A stretch of DNA of 43,612 nt, taken from positions 1 to 43,612 of the forward strand of contig SVMP01000002.1 in the NCBI GenBank assembly GCA_015067385.1, in the 5' to 3' direction. Within the stretch, counting starts at the first letter, position 1. Each line of letters starts with the position of its first letter. The position numbers and the translations under genes were made by a program. The notes beneath the pieces are model-generated. The model saw only the letters and a program-made list of their open reading frames with translations. It searched no databases and was not told where the DNA came from. Origin of the DNA: Oscillospiraceae bacterium (GTDB taxonomy: Bacteria > Bacillota > Clostridia > Oscillospirales > UBA644). Below, piece after piece: positions 33,448-42,428 of the stretch.

Positions 33448-35838
33448 ATGAAAATAAGCAAAAAGATTCTTTCCGCAGCATTGGCGACTTCGATGATAGC
33501 GTCTATGAGCGCCGCAAACACATCTGCGGAAATCGAAGATATTGAAATTGAAGAAGAAGTAGCTATCGAGACGCCCGCATACGGAAATTATATTTCTGTT
33601 TCATCCTCAACAGAGAAAAACGGTCAGACAGCTTTAAACGATAAGCTTGCCGAAGTTACTCTTACGGTCAGAAATACTCTTCAGATCGGCGATGAATACA
33701 CATATTTCAACGGTGATTTTTCTGAAAATGTAACGAACCGCATATGGTATCTTGATTGGAACAATGACGATAAATCCATAAGCGTTCAGGCAGCCGAAGA
33801 CGGTACTGTTATGCGTTACAGAAAAAATTACTATAATTCACGAAACACATATCAGTCTTACAACAATTTCTATAATCCGAAATTTCAGACGACATCGATC
33901 GAAGCAGCTAAAAATGCTGCAGAAGCGTTTCTTTACAGAGTGTTAAAAGGAAATGAGGGTTATGTTTTTACAGACACAGGATCGGGAACCCTCTCTCCGA
34001 TGAGTGTCAATGATTACTATTTCAGAGTTGTTCTTACGGTAAACGGTCTTGAAACTCCGTTTTACATGAATATAACCGTAAATGCAAAGACACTTGAAGT
34101 TGTAAACTTCAACCGAAACGACAATAATGATTCATACTTCGGTGACTATCCGAGTCCTTCATCCAACTATGAAGAAAAGAACGCTTTCGCAAGTCTTTCA
34201 AAGAAATTCGACAACACCCTTAAATATTATATTGTATACGACAAAGACGACACCGAGCGTAAAAACCCGAAAGCAGAGCTTCAGTATAAATTCTACTCTA
34301 CAGGAGACTGGTTCTTTGACGCAAAAACAGGTGAGACCGTCAACAGAAACGATCTTTTTGACGATGCATTCAACAATTCCGTTTTAAAAGGCGAATTCGG
34401 CGCGACCACAGACAGTGTTGAAATGGAAGAAGCTGCCCCCGAAAGCGCAAACGGAGGCTACAAGCTTACAGAAGTTGAGCTTGAAAGCATTGAAAAGATG
34501 AAGGATATTATCAAGGGTGAAGACATCGCCAAGATGATCAGCGAAAAATATCCCGAATTCGGTCTTGACGGCTTTGAGCTTATATCGACATCCTACTCAA
34601 GAAACGTTGAAACAGACGAAGTTAAAGCAAATCTTTCGTTCAGCAAGATCGTAACCAAAGGCGAGCAGATCGGCATGAGCGAGAAAGAATTCAAAGAAAG
34701 AAAAGAAAGCAAGAACATTTATTATATAAGAAAGAATATAACCGCAGACGGCAAAACGGGCGAACTTATAAACTACAATACAAGCTACCCCTACGTCAAC
34801 GAGGAGTATTCAAACAACAAGACTTATAAAACCGATTCTCTCAAAGTTGCCGAAAGTTTCTTAACAAAACATTTTGCTGAAGAATTCGGTGCGTCAGCTC
34901 TCACAAACACATATTCCAACAACATAGGAACACATACCACATACACCTTTACCAACACAGTCAACGGCTATACGCTTGATCAGAACTGGCTGTCCGTAAG
35001 AGTTAACAACATCACCGGAGACATCGACACATACAGCAAAGCATGGGTATACGGTGTTGAATTCGAAAGCCCCGAAGGAATAATCTCGGCGGAAGAAGCT
35101 CTTAAGATCTACACAACGATATACAACGCTAAGTTGCAGTATATCACTGTTCCCGTTGCAATCGACGTACAGAAGCCCGAATTTGCGCCCTACGTAAACG
35201 CAGGATGGAATTATGTTCATTCATTCAAAACAGCATACAAGCTTAATGAAAACGCCTACGCATACGGTGTTAAAGCAAAAGACGGAACACTTCTCAAGCC
35301 CGAAGAGTTTGTAAATGAAGGCATCGTATTTACCGATATAGAAAACTGTGAAAGCAAAGATAAGATCGAAGCCCTCGCAGAATACGGTATTACATTCGGC
35401 GGAACGGAATTCGAGCCAAAAACGCTCCTCAACCAGAAAGATATGCTCATATATCTTCTTAACTCCGTAGGCAACAGGTTCTCTGTTCTCTCATACGAAA
35501 ATGCAGAAGAAAGTGACCTTGACTACCTTTACGATCAGGCTGTTTACTATGGATTTATAACATCCGATGAAAGAGATCCCGAAAAGCTCATCAGAAAAGA
35601 AGACCTTGCAAAAGCGATGATCCTCCCCTCTGAATACAATGCAGCAACAACACTCAGCGGACTTATCAAGGCTGATTACGCAGACGGATCCGAAATTTCC
35701 GAAGGATATCTGCCGTATATCGTAATCGCTGAAACTCTCGGTCTTATAGAAACAGACAGCGAAAACAAAATTGACCCCAACGGTCTTATGACACGCGAAG
35801 ATCTTGCGAAAGCGGTCTATGCGTTCATGGACAGATAA
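33448..35838 (+). CDS. Large secreted cell-wall-associated protein with C-terminal SLH repeats
   Basis: The track ORF is 33403-35838. The likely start is ATG 33448 after AGGAGG (signal peptide MKISKKILSAALATSMIASMSAANTSA). The C-terminus has three SLH-like repeats (FTDIENCESKDKIEALAEYGI..., ...LIRKEDLAKAM..., ...LMTREDLAKAVYAF). Confidence 0.8.
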   Translation: MKISKKILSAALATSMIASMSAANTSAEIEDIEIEEEVAIETPAYGNYISVSSSTEKNGQTALNDKLAEVTLTVRNTLQIGDEYTYFNGDFSENVTNRIWYLDWNNDDKSISVQAAEDGTVMRYRKNYYNSRNTYQSYNNFYNPKFQTTSIEAAKNAAEAFLYRVLKGNEGYVFTDTGSGTLSPMSVNDYYFRVVLTVNGLETPFYMNITVNAKTLEVVNFNRNDNNDSYFGDYPSPSSNYEEKNAFASLSKKFDNTLKYYIVYDKDDTERKNPKAELQYKFYSTGDWFFDAKTGETVNRNDLFDDAFNNSVLKGEFGATTDSVEMEEAAPESANGGYKLTEVELESIEKMKDIIKGEDIAKMISEKYPEFGLDGFELISTSYSRNVETDEVKANLSFSKIVTKGEQIGMSEKEFKERKESKNIYYIRKNITADGKTGELINYNTSYPYVNEEYSNNKTYKTDSLKVAESFLTKHFAEEFGASALTNTYSNNIGTHTTYTFTNTVNGYTLDQNWLSVRVNNITGDIDTYSKAWVYGVEFESPEGIISAEEALKIYTTIYNAKLQYITVPVAIDVQKPEFAPYVNAGWNYVHSFKTAYKLNENAYAYGVKAKDGTLLKPEEFVNEGIVFTDIENCESKDKIEALAEYGITFGGTEFEPKTLLNQKDMLIYLLNSVGNRFSVLSYENAEESDLDYLYDQAVYYGFITSDERDPEKLIRKEDLAKAMILPSEYNAATTLSGLIKADYADGSEISEGYLPYIVIAETLGLIETDSENKIDPNGLMTREDLAKAVYAFMDR

Positions 35839-35906
35839 TTAAGCTTAATTCACTGACATATTTAGTGTTTTTCCTTTCATTTTGGAAATCCGACCCAAAT
35901 GCATTT

Positions 35907-35940
35907 GTCCGGCTTCAATGAAGCCGGACACTTTCTATTT
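35907..35940. terminator. Hairpin terminator between convergent genes
   Basis: GTCCGGCTTC (35907-35916) pairs with GAAGCCGGAC (35920-35929). ACTTTCTATTT follows. Confidence 0.65.
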
Positions 35941-37740
35941 ATCAAGTTTTTCAGTTCCCGAAAATTCAGGTTCAACAACCGATCTCAGCTTATACAGCAA
36001 ATAATCAGTATCAGCATGAGAAAAGATCATATCGATAATTTTATTTGAACGTATATCCCCTACTGTAGTTTCTATCCCTTCAAGAATAAAGTCAATACCG
36101 GGGGTTTCTTTAAATTTGAAGAAAAGTCGGTTGTCATCGATAAATATTTTTATTTTACGGACATTCGCCGTTTCCGTAAAAGCAATATCTATCTTCATTA
36201 CCGGACGATCATCTTCATCGGACGTAAAGCATACTTTAGAAGCGATCTCGTACGTTTCACCGTACATCTCAAAAGTAGAATACTTATAGACTCCGACCCC
36301 CGCTTCTATGATATGAGAGCAACTACCCTCAAAAAAAGTAAGACTGAGACATTTATCAGAAAAACCGAATTTCAAATCGGTAAGACCTTCAGAGAAATTA
36401 TTCTGAACAGCTTGAAGCATCAACGGGAAAACGCTTACGGATGAAGTATAATCCGGGAGAAAAGTAAATGTTTTTCCGTCAAGAGCTTGCCATTCGTAAG
36501 GAATCAAAGGAATATTATTTTCTTTCGAAAAACCGCTGAATAAAGAAAAGAGTTTTCCTATCCCTTTCTTTACGGAAGGCTGTTCGATTGATGAAAATGA
36601 TTTTTCTGTATTTCTTAGCTTTTTCAATGCGTTAATATCGCCTGCAAGAGAATCATTCGGAATAAAATCGCAACCGAAGCGTCTGTTTACGATCTCAAAA
36701 AAAACATTTTGCTGAAACATTGAACTGTTTCCCGCAAAGCAAGCAACGATAAGATCCTTTTCGGGAAAACATACGATATTCTGACCGAGCATTCCGTTAA
36801 ACAAAAACGAATTTTCGGCTTTTGTACCTTGTCTTCCGACCCACATCTGAAAACCGTAATCGTAATCCCCTATTGCTTCGGGAGTTAAGATCTGGGCAGA
36901 AGTCATTTGACAAACAATATTTTCGGAGAGCAGTCGCACTCCGTTCCAAACGCCTTTATGGATAATCAGATAACCGATTTTCGCAAGATCTTCAAGATGC
37001 ATGTAAAGTCCCCAGCCACCCTTACAGTTGCCATCGGGAGCTTTTTCCCAAAGCCAGTCGGTAATGCCGAGAGGTTCAAAAAGACGTTTTTTCAAAAACA
37101 CCTCAAGATTTTCGCCTGTGACCTGTCTGACCAATGCCGAAAGCATAAAGGTGTTCATGCTGTTATAGTTAAACTCATCGCCCGACGGACGGAAACCCGA
37201 TTCAAGAAAAGATTTTATCCATTCGGTATCCGTAACGACCCCGAGTTCATTGTAAACGACTCCCGAAGACATTGTTAAAAGCCTTCGGACAGTTGTTTTT
37301 ATCGGTCGAAGAATGTTAAGCGGAGAAGAAAATTCATCAAAATACTTGCCGATGCTGTCATCGAGCGAAATCAAGCCGTCATCAATAAGCATACAGACGG
37401 CAATACCGGTAATGCTTTTACATAAAGAATGGGTAACATGCATTTTATCGAGAGAATACGGAGCATAAGAGCATTCGCTGATAACATTACCGTTTTTTAT
37501 TATCAGTACGCAATGCGGAAAAACATTTCCGTTATCGTTTAATTCATTGATAAAATCACAAATATACGAAGAGCTTATCCCCTGTTTTTCCGGAGAACTT
37601 CTGGGGAAAGGCAGATCAACAAAAGACTGACGAAGAGCCTTTTTCTGCGGTTCGGTCTTCACGATACTCACGTTTTTTGTTTTACGGTCAAACAAATTGC
37701 CCAAAAGTTTTACGGTTCTGCCTTGAATTACAACGTCCAT
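35935..37740 (-). CDS. Beta-lactamase-family (S12) serine hydrolase with an extra C-terminal domain
   Basis: The track ORF is 35935-37833. The likely start is ATG 37740 after AAGGAG. It has an SxxK motif (SLCKSITG) and a YxN motif (FNYNSMN). Confidence 0.8.
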   Translation of the reverse strand: MDVVIQGRTVKLLGNLFDRKTKNVSIVKTEPQKKALRQSFVDLPFPRSSPEKQGISSSYICDFINELNDNGNVFPHCVLIIKNGNVISECSYAPYSLDKMHVTHSLCKSITGIAVCMLIDDGLISLDDSIGKYFDEFSSPLNILRPIKTTVRRLLTMSSGVVYNELGVVTDTEWIKSFLESGFRPSGDEFNYNSMNTFMLSALVRQVTGENLEVFLKKRLFEPLGITDWLWEKAPDGNCKGGWGLYMHLEDLAKIGYLIIHKGVWNGVRLLSENIVCQMTSAQILTPEAIGDYDYGFQMWVGRQGTKAENSFLFNGMLGQNIVCFPEKDLIVACFAGNSSMFQQNVFFEIVNRRFGCDFIPNDSLAGDINALKKLRNTEKSFSSIEQPSVKKGIGKLFSLFSGFSKENNIPLIPYEWQALDGKTFTFLPDYTSSVSVFPLMLQAVQNNFSEGLTDLKFGFSDKCLSLTFFEGSCSHIIEAGVGVYKYSTFEMYGETYEIASKVCFTSDEDDRPVMKIDIAFTETANVRKIKIFIDDNRLFFKFKETPGIDFILEGIETTVGDIRSNKIIDMIFSHADTDYLLYKLRSVVEPEFSGTEKLDK

Positions 37741-37816
37741 TCTTTTCTCCTTTCTTTGATCTGTATATTCATGATAACATAATTGCGAAAAAAAATCAAG
37801 TATTTCCTGTCGCATC

Positions 37817-37845
37817 TTGAAAAACTGCCGCATTTGTGGTAAAAT
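37817..37845 (+). promoter_or_regulatory. sigma-A type promoter of the membrane protein gene
   Basis: TTGAAA at 37817-37822, 17-bp spacer, TGgTAAAAT at 37837-37845. Confidence 0.55.
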
Positions 37846-37863
37846 ATATCCAAGATCAAATCA

Positions 37864-38655
37864 ATGGAGTTTCTTATGGTTTCAACTTTAACGATAATCG
37901 GGCTGTGTTTTACGGTCCTATGCTCACTTTTTCTTCCGATAGGCGCATGGATATTCCTTGTTAAAAAAGCAAAAAACATGAGTCGATATATCCTGCTTGG
38001 AATGTTCGGATTTTTCATAGCGCAAATTATTTTAAGAACGCCGATACTGATGATCCTCGGTTCTGAACAGTGGTTTGCGGATTTTGCAAATACCTATCCG
38101 ATTTTTTATGCACTGTTTCTCTCTTTGTTGACCGCTTTGTTCGAAACAGCAAGCAGATATATAATTTACAAATATGCGATAAAAGAAGATATTGTTTTTT
38201 CAACAGCTCTCGGCACGGGCTTCGGTCACGGCGCATGTGAAACGCTTGCATATGTGGGAATAACAAGTGTTGTAAATTTAAGTGTTGCAATAATGATAAA
38301 CACAAACAATCTCGCAAAATCGGAAAGCTATGAAGCAATGAAGGAAACACTTGTTTCGGTATCAGCATCGAACTATTTTGCGGCAGGTGCGGAACGTTTG
38401 ATCGTAATGCTTATACATATCGGTCTTTCCGTTATCCTTGCTTATTTCATACAGAAAAACATGTCTCTTACGGGCTTCGGAGTATGCATGACCGTTCACT
38501 GTATTTACGATTTCACTGTAAAACTCATCTCGCAGTTAAATGTTTCGGTCTGGATAACGATCATTGCAATGGCAATATTTGCGGTAATGATAACTGCTTT
38601 TACTGTATATGTAAAAAAACAGGAAAAAGAGCCGCTGCTACAGATAAAAAAATAA
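37864..38655 (+). CDS. Polytopic membrane protein, YhfC-like putative intramembrane protease
   Basis: 263-aa ORF with about 7 TM segments. The conserved-looking FETASRY and GTGFGHGACE motifs resemble the YhfC family. The alternative start ATG 37876 has a better SD (GGAG). Confidence 0.55.
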   Translation: MEFLMVSTLTIIGLCFTVLCSLFLPIGAWIFLVKKAKNMSRYILLGMFGFFIAQIILRTPILMILGSEQWFADFANTYPIFYALFLSLLTALFETASRYIIYKYAIKEDIVFSTALGTGFGHGACETLAYVGITSVVNLSVAIMINTNNLAKSESYEAMKETLVSVSASNYFAAGAERLIVMLIHIGLSVILAYFIQKNMSLTGFGVCMTVHCIYDFTVKLISQLNVSVWITIIAMAIFAVMITAFTVYVKKQEKEPLLQIKK

Positions 38656-38718
38656 ACATAAAATGTCCCCCGACATCATAGACTTTAACAGAATCTGTGA
38701 TTTCGGGGGACATGATTT

Positions 38719-38986
38719 ATGGAAAATGATCTTACATATCTTAAAGACCGAGTGATAATGTTCGGAAATTTCATTGCGGAAAACGGTGCAACCGTAAGAC
38801 AGACCGCGCAAAAATTCGGATACTCAAAATCAACGGTGCAAAGATGTTTCTGAACGTCTTCGTGATTTTTCGCCGTCGCTTTACGAAGAGGCAAGCGCCG
38901 TTTTAGCAAAGAACAAAGCGGAACGCCATTTACGAGGCGGAATGGCAACGAAAAGGAAATACGAGAAAATAACGGAAGAAAATTAG
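38719..38986 (+). pseudogene. spoIIID: spoIIID homologue interrupted by a frameshift at about 38838-38840
   Basis: Frame A (38719-38853) reads MENDLTYLKDRVIMFGNFIAENGATVRQTAQKFGYSKSTVQRCF*. The +1 frame from 38840 reads KDVSERLRDFSPSLYEEASAVLAKNKAERHLRGGMATKRKYEKITEEN*. Together they align along the full length of SpoIIID (..GVSKSTVHKDLTERL...RHLRGGEATK.KY). Confidence 0.75.
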
Positions 38987-40317
38987 TCCTTATCTCTCGT
39001 TTTCTGACGTACTATAATATGGATGGGTGTACCGGTCAAACCGAACGTTTCACGCATCTGATTTTCGATATAGCGCTGATAAGAGAAGTGGAAAAGCTCG
39101 GCATCGTTAACAAAAATAACGAATGTCGGGGGTTTGATGGAAACCTGCGTCATATAAAGGAGTTTCAAACGCTTACCTTTATCTGTCGGAGGCTGAACTT
39201 TTGTCGTTGCTTCAACAAGAACGTCGTTGAGAACGCCTGTCGTGATACGGCGGCTATGCTGTTCGTAAACAAAATTGATCATTTTGAATACGTTTTCAAC
39301 ACGGGAACCTGTCTTTGCAGAAATAAAAACAATGGGAGCATACGACATAAATTTCAAGTCCTCTGCGACGCTCTTTTTCATTTTATCCATTGTTTTATCG
39401 TCTTTTTCAACTGCATCCCATTTATTTACGACAACAACCGATGCCTTACCTTTTTCGTGAGCGATACCTGCAATCTTAGTATCCTGTTCGGTAACGCCTT
39501 CGTTTGCATCGATCATTATAAGAACAACATCTGCGCGGTCAACAGCCATATAAGAACGTAAAACGCTGTATTTTTCGATCTCATCATCGACTTTGCTCTT
39601 TTTGCGAAGGCCTGCGGTATCAATAAACGTAAATTTACCGAATTCGTTTTCAACCTCTGCATCAACAGCATCACGGGTTGTACCGGGAATATCGGAAACG
39701 ATCGTACGTTCAGAACCGAAAACACGGTTAACAAATGAGCTTTTGCCGACATTCGGTTTACCGATAACGGCTACGCACACAGAGTTTTCATCCTTTGGTT
39801 CAACGGGATGATCTTTAAGTCGGCTGACAACCTCATCAAGAAGGTCACCCGTTCCGAGACCGTGAACGGCTGAAACAGGAAACGGATCGCCGAGACCGAG
39901 ATTGTAAAATTCATAAAGTTCAGGCGGAGGAGTACCGGGACGGTCAACCTTGTTAACGCACAAAATGACATCCTTTTTTGCTTTAAGGAGCATATCCGCA
40001 ACTTCACTGTCCGCCGCAGTCATGCCCGTCGTTATATCTGTAACAAGGACAACCACATCGGCAGTTTCAATAGCTATCATCGCCTGAGCTCTCATCTGAG
40101 AGAGAATAATATCATCGGAACGAGGCTCGATACCGCCTGTATCGACAAGGGTAAACGGCACACCGTTCCACTCTGCGTCACGGAAAAGTCTGTCACGGGT
40201 AACGCCCGGAGTATCTTCAACGATAGCAGGTCTTCCGCCGACTATTTTATTAAAAAGAGTGCTTTTGCCGACATTCGGTCTGCCGACGACAGCAACATAT
40301 GGATTTGCCATAATCAA
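38983..40317 (-). CDS. der: Ribosome-associated GTPase Der/EngA (tandem GTPase domains + KH-like domain)
   Basis: 444-aa ORF with two G1 motifs (GRPNVGKST, GKPNVGKSS). Confidence 0.95.
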   Translation of the reverse strand: MIMANPYVAVVGRPNVGKSTLFNKIVGGRPAIVEDTPGVTRDRLFRDAEWNGVPFTLVDTGGIEPRSDDIILSQMRAQAMIAIETADVVVLVTDITTGMTAADSEVADMLLKAKKDVILCVNKVDRPGTPPPELYEFYNLGLGDPFPVSAVHGLGTGDLLDEVVSRLKDHPVEPKDENSVCVAVIGKPNVGKSSFVNRVFGSERTIVSDIPGTTRDAVDAEVENEFGKFTFIDTAGLRKKSKVDDEIEKYSVLRSYMAVDRADVVLIMIDANEGVTEQDTKIAGIAHEKGKASVVVVNKWDAVEKDDKTMDKMKKSVAEDLKFMSYAPIVFISAKTGSRVENVFKMINFVYEQHSRRITTGVLNDVLVEATTKVQPPTDKGKRLKLLYMTQVSIKPPTFVIFVNDAELFHFSYQRYIENQMRETFGLTGTPIHIIVRQKTRDKD

Positions 40318-40336
40318 TCACCATAACTTTCGTGAT

Positions 40337-41479
40337 CTATGATCTTAAAATAGAATCCGCCAATTTGAGTTTTTCGCGGATCTCGAGTTTCTGCGGACAT
40401 TTCTTTTCGCAAGCGCCGCAGTTAATACAGGAAGAGACAAGACCATCCTTCTGTTCTTCCGTAAGTTTATCACAATATTTTTTATACATTGCTTTCGCAT
40501 GGTCTTTAAGACCGTATACATTATATAATGTATAAAGATAGAAAATATGAGGAATATCAATATTTTTTACGCAAGGCATACAGTATTTGCAACCTGTACA
40601 GTAAAGATCAGAGAATTTTTTGAGATCCTCAAGGCTTTCTTTGATCTGAGCATTTTCAGCCTCTGTAAAAGGAATATCAGAAGACATAACCTTTACGTTA
40701 TTCTCAACCTCTTCGATAGATCTCATACCTGAAAGAGCGCATGAGATATTCGGATTACCGAGAACGAAACGAAGGGCAAGCTCGTATGTTGCCTTAGCGG
40801 AAACAGAACCGATCTTATCCGCAAGCTCTGTGGGGGCTGCAAGTCTGCCGCCGCCTACCGGGCCCATAGCAATAACGCCGCGACCTGTTGAAGCCATATA
40901 TTCAATGCCTTTTTCATTTGAACGGTCAAGGATATTATACTGAATAAGAAGGGTTTCGAGCATCGGGGCTCTTTCGATCATATACGGAAAATCATCGGGG
41001 TTTCCGTGGAATGAGAATGAAATATGTTTTATAAGTCCCTCTTCCTTTGCTTTTACAGCTTCGGAAAGGAGATCCAGCTTAATCATTTTTTCATCGAAAG
41101 TATCCTTGTTAATGCTCCAGAAATGATAGCAATCAATATAGTCGGTATCAAGTTTTTTGAGGGACTGTTCAAGAAAGCTGCGGTAGTCGGAAGTTTTCTC
41201 AACTCTGCCGACAGGAATCTTTGTAGAAAGATAAACCTTATCTCTGAACGGCTTAACAGCTTTTCCGAGAGTCACTTCACTGTTACCGTCACAGTAATAA
41301 AAAGCGGTATCGAAATAATTTACACCAAGCTCGTACGCACGGCGGAGCATCGGGATAGTTTTCTCCTCATCGATAGTCTGAGTACCCTCAATATAAGGAA
41401 AACGCATACAACCGAATCCAAGAGTAGAAATTTCCATTCCTGTGGAGCCCAATTTTCTGTACTGCATAAGTTCCTCCAA
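40337..41479 (-). CDS. Aldo/keto reductase with a C-terminal 4Fe-4S ferredoxin-type domain
   Basis: 380-aa ORF. It has an AKR N-terminus (YRKLGSTGMEISTLGFGCMRF) and C-terminal CTGCKYCMPC ... CINCGACEKKC motifs. Confidence 0.8.
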   Translation of the reverse strand: MEELMQYRKLGSTGMEISTLGFGCMRFPYIEGTQTIDEEKTIPMLRRAYELGVNYFDTAFYYCDGNSEVTLGKAVKPFRDKVYLSTKIPVGRVEKTSDYRSFLEQSLKKLDTDYIDCYHFWSINKDTFDEKMIKLDLLSEAVKAKEEGLIKHISFSFHGNPDDFPYMIERAPMLETLLIQYNILDRSNEKGIEYMASTGRGVIAMGPVGGGRLAAPTELADKIGSVSAKATYELALRFVLGNPNISCALSGMRSIEEVENNVKVMSSDIPFTEAENAQIKESLEDLKKFSDLYCTGCKYCMPCVKNIDIPHIFYLYTLYNVYGLKDHAKAMYKKYCDKLTEEQKDGLVSSCINCGACEKKCPQKLEIREKLKLADSILRS

Positions 41480-41498
41480 ATAAAATTAAACAATAAAA

Positions 41499-42365
41499 TT
41501 ATAACCAAAGATCCGAAACAAACGGGACAAGCGCCGTCAAAGCCGAATAGCCTATCCAGCTGCAAAGGTTTGCAACAACGGCATAAACGATCTTTCGAGC
41601 CTTACTTTTATCCTTGAATGTCAAACAGTACGCAACCGCTTCAACAGAGATTATTATCAGTTCAACGATCGGAAGTACCGCAAAATTGATAAAGAAAACA
41701 CCGGCTGACGGATAATACACGGCATAGATAACGGTAAGAAAGACTTGTGTTGCAAAATTGGCAGCAATAAACGGAATAATATTTTTCTTGACGGAAAAAC
41801 CGAAAAGAATAAGGATCAAAAGCTCAATTATGAGTGTCGGGATAAATGTAGAGAAAAACTGTAATATATGTTTTACTATCGTATTTCCCGTACTTTCAAG
41901 AGAAAATGTCTGAAAGTCAAGAATATATTCAGCTTGATATTCTGTTTTTTCTACCGATTCGGAAACGTGGACTTCACCGGACTTTGTAACGGCAATTACC
42001 TTTACAGTATCGGGAATGCCGTAATACGAGAAAACATGAACCGTTTTGCCGTCAACCTGTTTTCCGGTTATCTGACCGAATATCGGGATTGCGGAACCGT
42101 ACGATAAAGCGGCACGAAGGCCGTTTTCATTGTACTCCCGCAGAACCGTAAGCATCTGCGGATCATATGAATCAATTTCCTCTTGTGTCATTTGGTTATT
42201 AGGCTCTTCCTGCTCAATGAGAAGGTCAAGATAATAAAGTTCATCGGGAACGTTTTCAACATATATCGTAATAGACGGTTTGGGACCCATATCTGCAGAC
42301 ATGGGAAGCGCCGAAAGAAAAACGATAATCAATGTTAAAACAAAAAGAGTAAATTTTTTCATCAT
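41499..42365 (-). CDS. Hypothetical secreted/membrane protein (signal peptide + C-terminal TM bundle)
   Basis: 288-aa ORF. It has an N-terminal signal sequence MMKKFTLFVLTLIIVFLSALPMSA and 3-4 hydrophobic helices in the last 110 aa. Confidence 0.6.
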   Translation of the reverse strand: MMKKFTLFVLTLIIVFLSALPMSADMGPKPSITIYVENVPDELYYLDLLIEQEEPNNQMTQEEIDSYDPQMLTVLREYNENGLRAALSYGSAIPIFGQITGKQVDGKTVHVFSYYGIPDTVKVIAVTKSGEVHVSESVEKTEYQAEYILDFQTFSLESTGNTIVKHILQFFSTFIPTLIIELLILILFGFSVKKNIIPFIAANFATQVFLTVIYAVYYPSAGVFFINFAVLPIVELIIISVEAVAYCLTFKDKSKARKIVYAVVANLCSWIGYSALTALVPFVSDLWL

Positions 42366-42428
42366 AATAATCCTCGGCTTTCGATGGTCGAAAGCTCCCT
42401 TTCTTTTACGGCTCTGCAGGAAAAATAA

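Noticed and set aside
38685-38948. 87-aa minus-strand ORF
   Set aside because: It is antisense to the spoIIID homologue, whose two frames align along the whole SpoIIID sequence.
42376-42400. Terminator between valS and the downstream membrane-protein gene (GCTTTCGA/TCGAAAGC)
   Set aside because: The hairpin is present, but on the minus strand it is followed by CGAGGATT (the next gene's SD) rather than a T-tract. It is more likely an intra-operon stem.
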